Position numbers and translations under genes: made by a program. A stretch of 64,000 bases of DNA from Sedimentisphaerales bacterium (lineage in GTDB: Bacteria > Planctomycetota > Phycisphaerae > Sedimentisphaerales > SM23-30), in contig CAXXFK010000042.1 of NCBI GenBank assembly GCA_963663965.2, positions 160,001 through 224,000 on the forward strand. The letters are read 5' to 3'. The notes under the pieces are model-generated. The model searched no databases and was not told where the DNA came from. It was given only the letters and a program-made list of their open reading frames with translations. Of the stretch, positions 62,638-64,000 are shown piece by piece. Within the stretch, counting starts at the first letter, position 1. Each line of letters begins with the position of its first letter.

Positions 62638-63645
62638 ATGAGTAAGTTATTTGTAACCGGTGCCGCGGGCTTTATCGGGTCCAACTTCGTTCGTCTCATT
62701 CTCAACGAAACTTCCGATTATGAAGTTATCGCCTTCGATTCCCTCACCTACGCCGGGAACCTGGCCAACCTGGCTGAATTTGAAGGCAATCCCCGCTATC
62801 AGTTCATCAAAGGGGACATCTGTGATGAGGACCAGGTTAATGAATTACTTTCCGGTGTCGATATTCTGGTCAACTTTGCCGCCGAGAGTCATGTCGACCG
62901 GTCGATCATGTCTTCCGAACCTTTCGTGCGGACCAATATCGAAGGAACCCGCATCTTGATTGACGCCGCCCGGCGACATAACATCCAGCGCTACCTGCAG
63001 GTTTCCACCGATGAAGTTTATGGTTCGCTGGGTAAAACCGGTCTTTTCACCGAAACTACCCCGCTGGCCCCCAACAGTCCCTACAGCGCTTCCAAAGCCG
63101 CCGCCGACCTGCTGGTTATGGCCTATCATCATACCTATGGCTTCCCCGCGCTCATTACCCGCTGTTCCAATAATTACGGTCCCTACCAGTTCCCTGAAAA
63201 GCTGATCCCGTTGTTTGTAACTAATTTGCTGGAAGAAAAGAAAGTTCCCGTCTATGGCGATGGCATGCAGGTCCGCGACTGGATCCATGTCATGGACCAT
63301 TGCCGGGCGATTCTCACGGTCATCGAAAAAGGCCGCGACGGCCAGGTTTATAACATTGGTGGTGAAAACGAACAATATAACTTGACGATAACAAAACTAA
63401 TCCTCCAGGCCCTTGGCCGGGATGAATCCTTTATTGAGCATGTTAAAGACCGGTTGGGCCACGATCGTCGTTATGCCATCGATCCGACCAAAACCCGTGA
63501 CGAACTGGGTTGGCGCCCCCAGATCCCTTTCGAGCAGGGTCTCAAAGAGACTATCGAGTGGTACCTGTCCAACAAAACCTGGTGGCGTGAGATCAAGTCG
63601 GGAGAATACATGCATTATTATGAAAAACAGTATGTGACTCGATAA
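62638..63645 (+). CDS. rfbB: dTDP-glucose 4,6-dehydratase
   Basis: VTGAAGFIGSNF, LTYAGN, FAAESHVDRSI, VSTDEVYG, YSASK, CSNNYGPYQFPEKLIP, GHDRRYA. Confidence 0.97.
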   Translation: MSKLFVTGAAGFIGSNFVRLILNETSDYEVIAFDSLTYAGNLANLAEFEGNPRYQFIKGDICDEDQVNELLSGVDILVNFAAESHVDRSIMSSEPFVRTNIEGTRILIDAARRHNIQRYLQVSTDEVYGSLGKTGLFTETTPLAPNSPYSASKAAADLLVMAYHHTYGFPALITRCSNNYGPYQFPEKLIPLFVTNLLEEKKVPVYGDGMQVRDWIHVMDHCRAILTVIEKGRDGQVYNIGGENEQYNLTITKLILQALGRDESFIEHVKDRLGHDRRYAIDPTKTRDELGWRPQIPFEQGLKETIEWYLSNKTWWREIKSGEYMHYYEKQYVTR

Positions 63646-63666
63646 GAAAGTTGTAGTAAAAAAACA

Positions 63667-64000
63667 ATGAGCAGTAATCAGGGAATCCTTATCTTTGGCG
63701 CTACCGGCATGCTGGGCAGTGAAGTTGTCCGACAATGCCAGGCTCGTGAATTGCCCATGGTTCTGGCCACCTGGCCAGATCAACCGCAAGGGGCCCATAA
63801 GGCTGATATAACCAATCAGGACCAGGTCAACCAACTGATTGCTGATACTCAACCAACTGCGGTGATTAACTGCTGCGCCTGGACGGATGTGGATGGCGCT
63901 GAAACGAATGAATCCGTGGCAACCACTGTAAATGGCACTGGAGTTGGCTATCTGGCTCAGGCCTGTCATCAGATGGAGGCCAAACTAGTCCATGTCAGCA
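63667..64000 (+). CDS. rfbD: dTDP-4-dehydrorhamnose reductase, 3'-truncated by the window edge
   Basis: Not in the ORF track. My translation from ATG 63667: MSSNQGILIFGATGMLG...ADIT...VINCCAWTDVDGAE...VNG.G...LAQAC...LVHVS. Confidence 0.92.
   Translation, partial: MSSNQGILIFGATGMLGSEVVRQCQARELPMVLATWPDQPQGAHKADITNQDQVNQLIADTQPTAVINCCAWTDVDGAETNESVATTVNGTGVGYLAQACHQMEAKLVHVS

Overview
Bacterial chromosomal window, probably from a Planctomycetota (Phycisphaerae-like) genome; this is inferred from the planctomycete-type dockerin tail, PQQ-propeller, Tat sulfatase and zinc-ribbon membrane proteins, not from a marker search. The left half (1-28 kb) holds housekeeping and metabolic genes: pheT 3' part, menA-CPBP-menG-ogt, a DoxX/oxidoreductase fusion, GH31, cutC, plsC-cmk, a structured ncRNA candidate before rny-ymdB, a sulfatase, pyk and sugar-catabolism genes. 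The centre (28.4-38.6 kb) is one giant secreted protein of about 3,370 aa. It has an unrecognised head carrying nested CBM5/12-like inserts, 19 Ig/cadherin-like repeats and a propeller/ZU5-like tail. Divergent from it (39.8-64 kb) is an EpsI-headed exopolysaccharide locus with four GNAT/FemAB-like proteins, two DegT-type aminotransferases, a formyltransferase and rfbA/B/D. Structure not explained by the ORF track includes a decayed second copy of the cutC 5' end bracketing a dockerin gene, two copies of a ~165-bp MITE-like element, an inverted-repeat-flanked GxxExxY cassette, and a heptamer-periodic palindrome inserted in frame in a glycosyltransferase. Six genes carry small frameshifting indels that are most likely assembly errors. 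No rRNA, tRNA, CRISPR array or transposase was seen.
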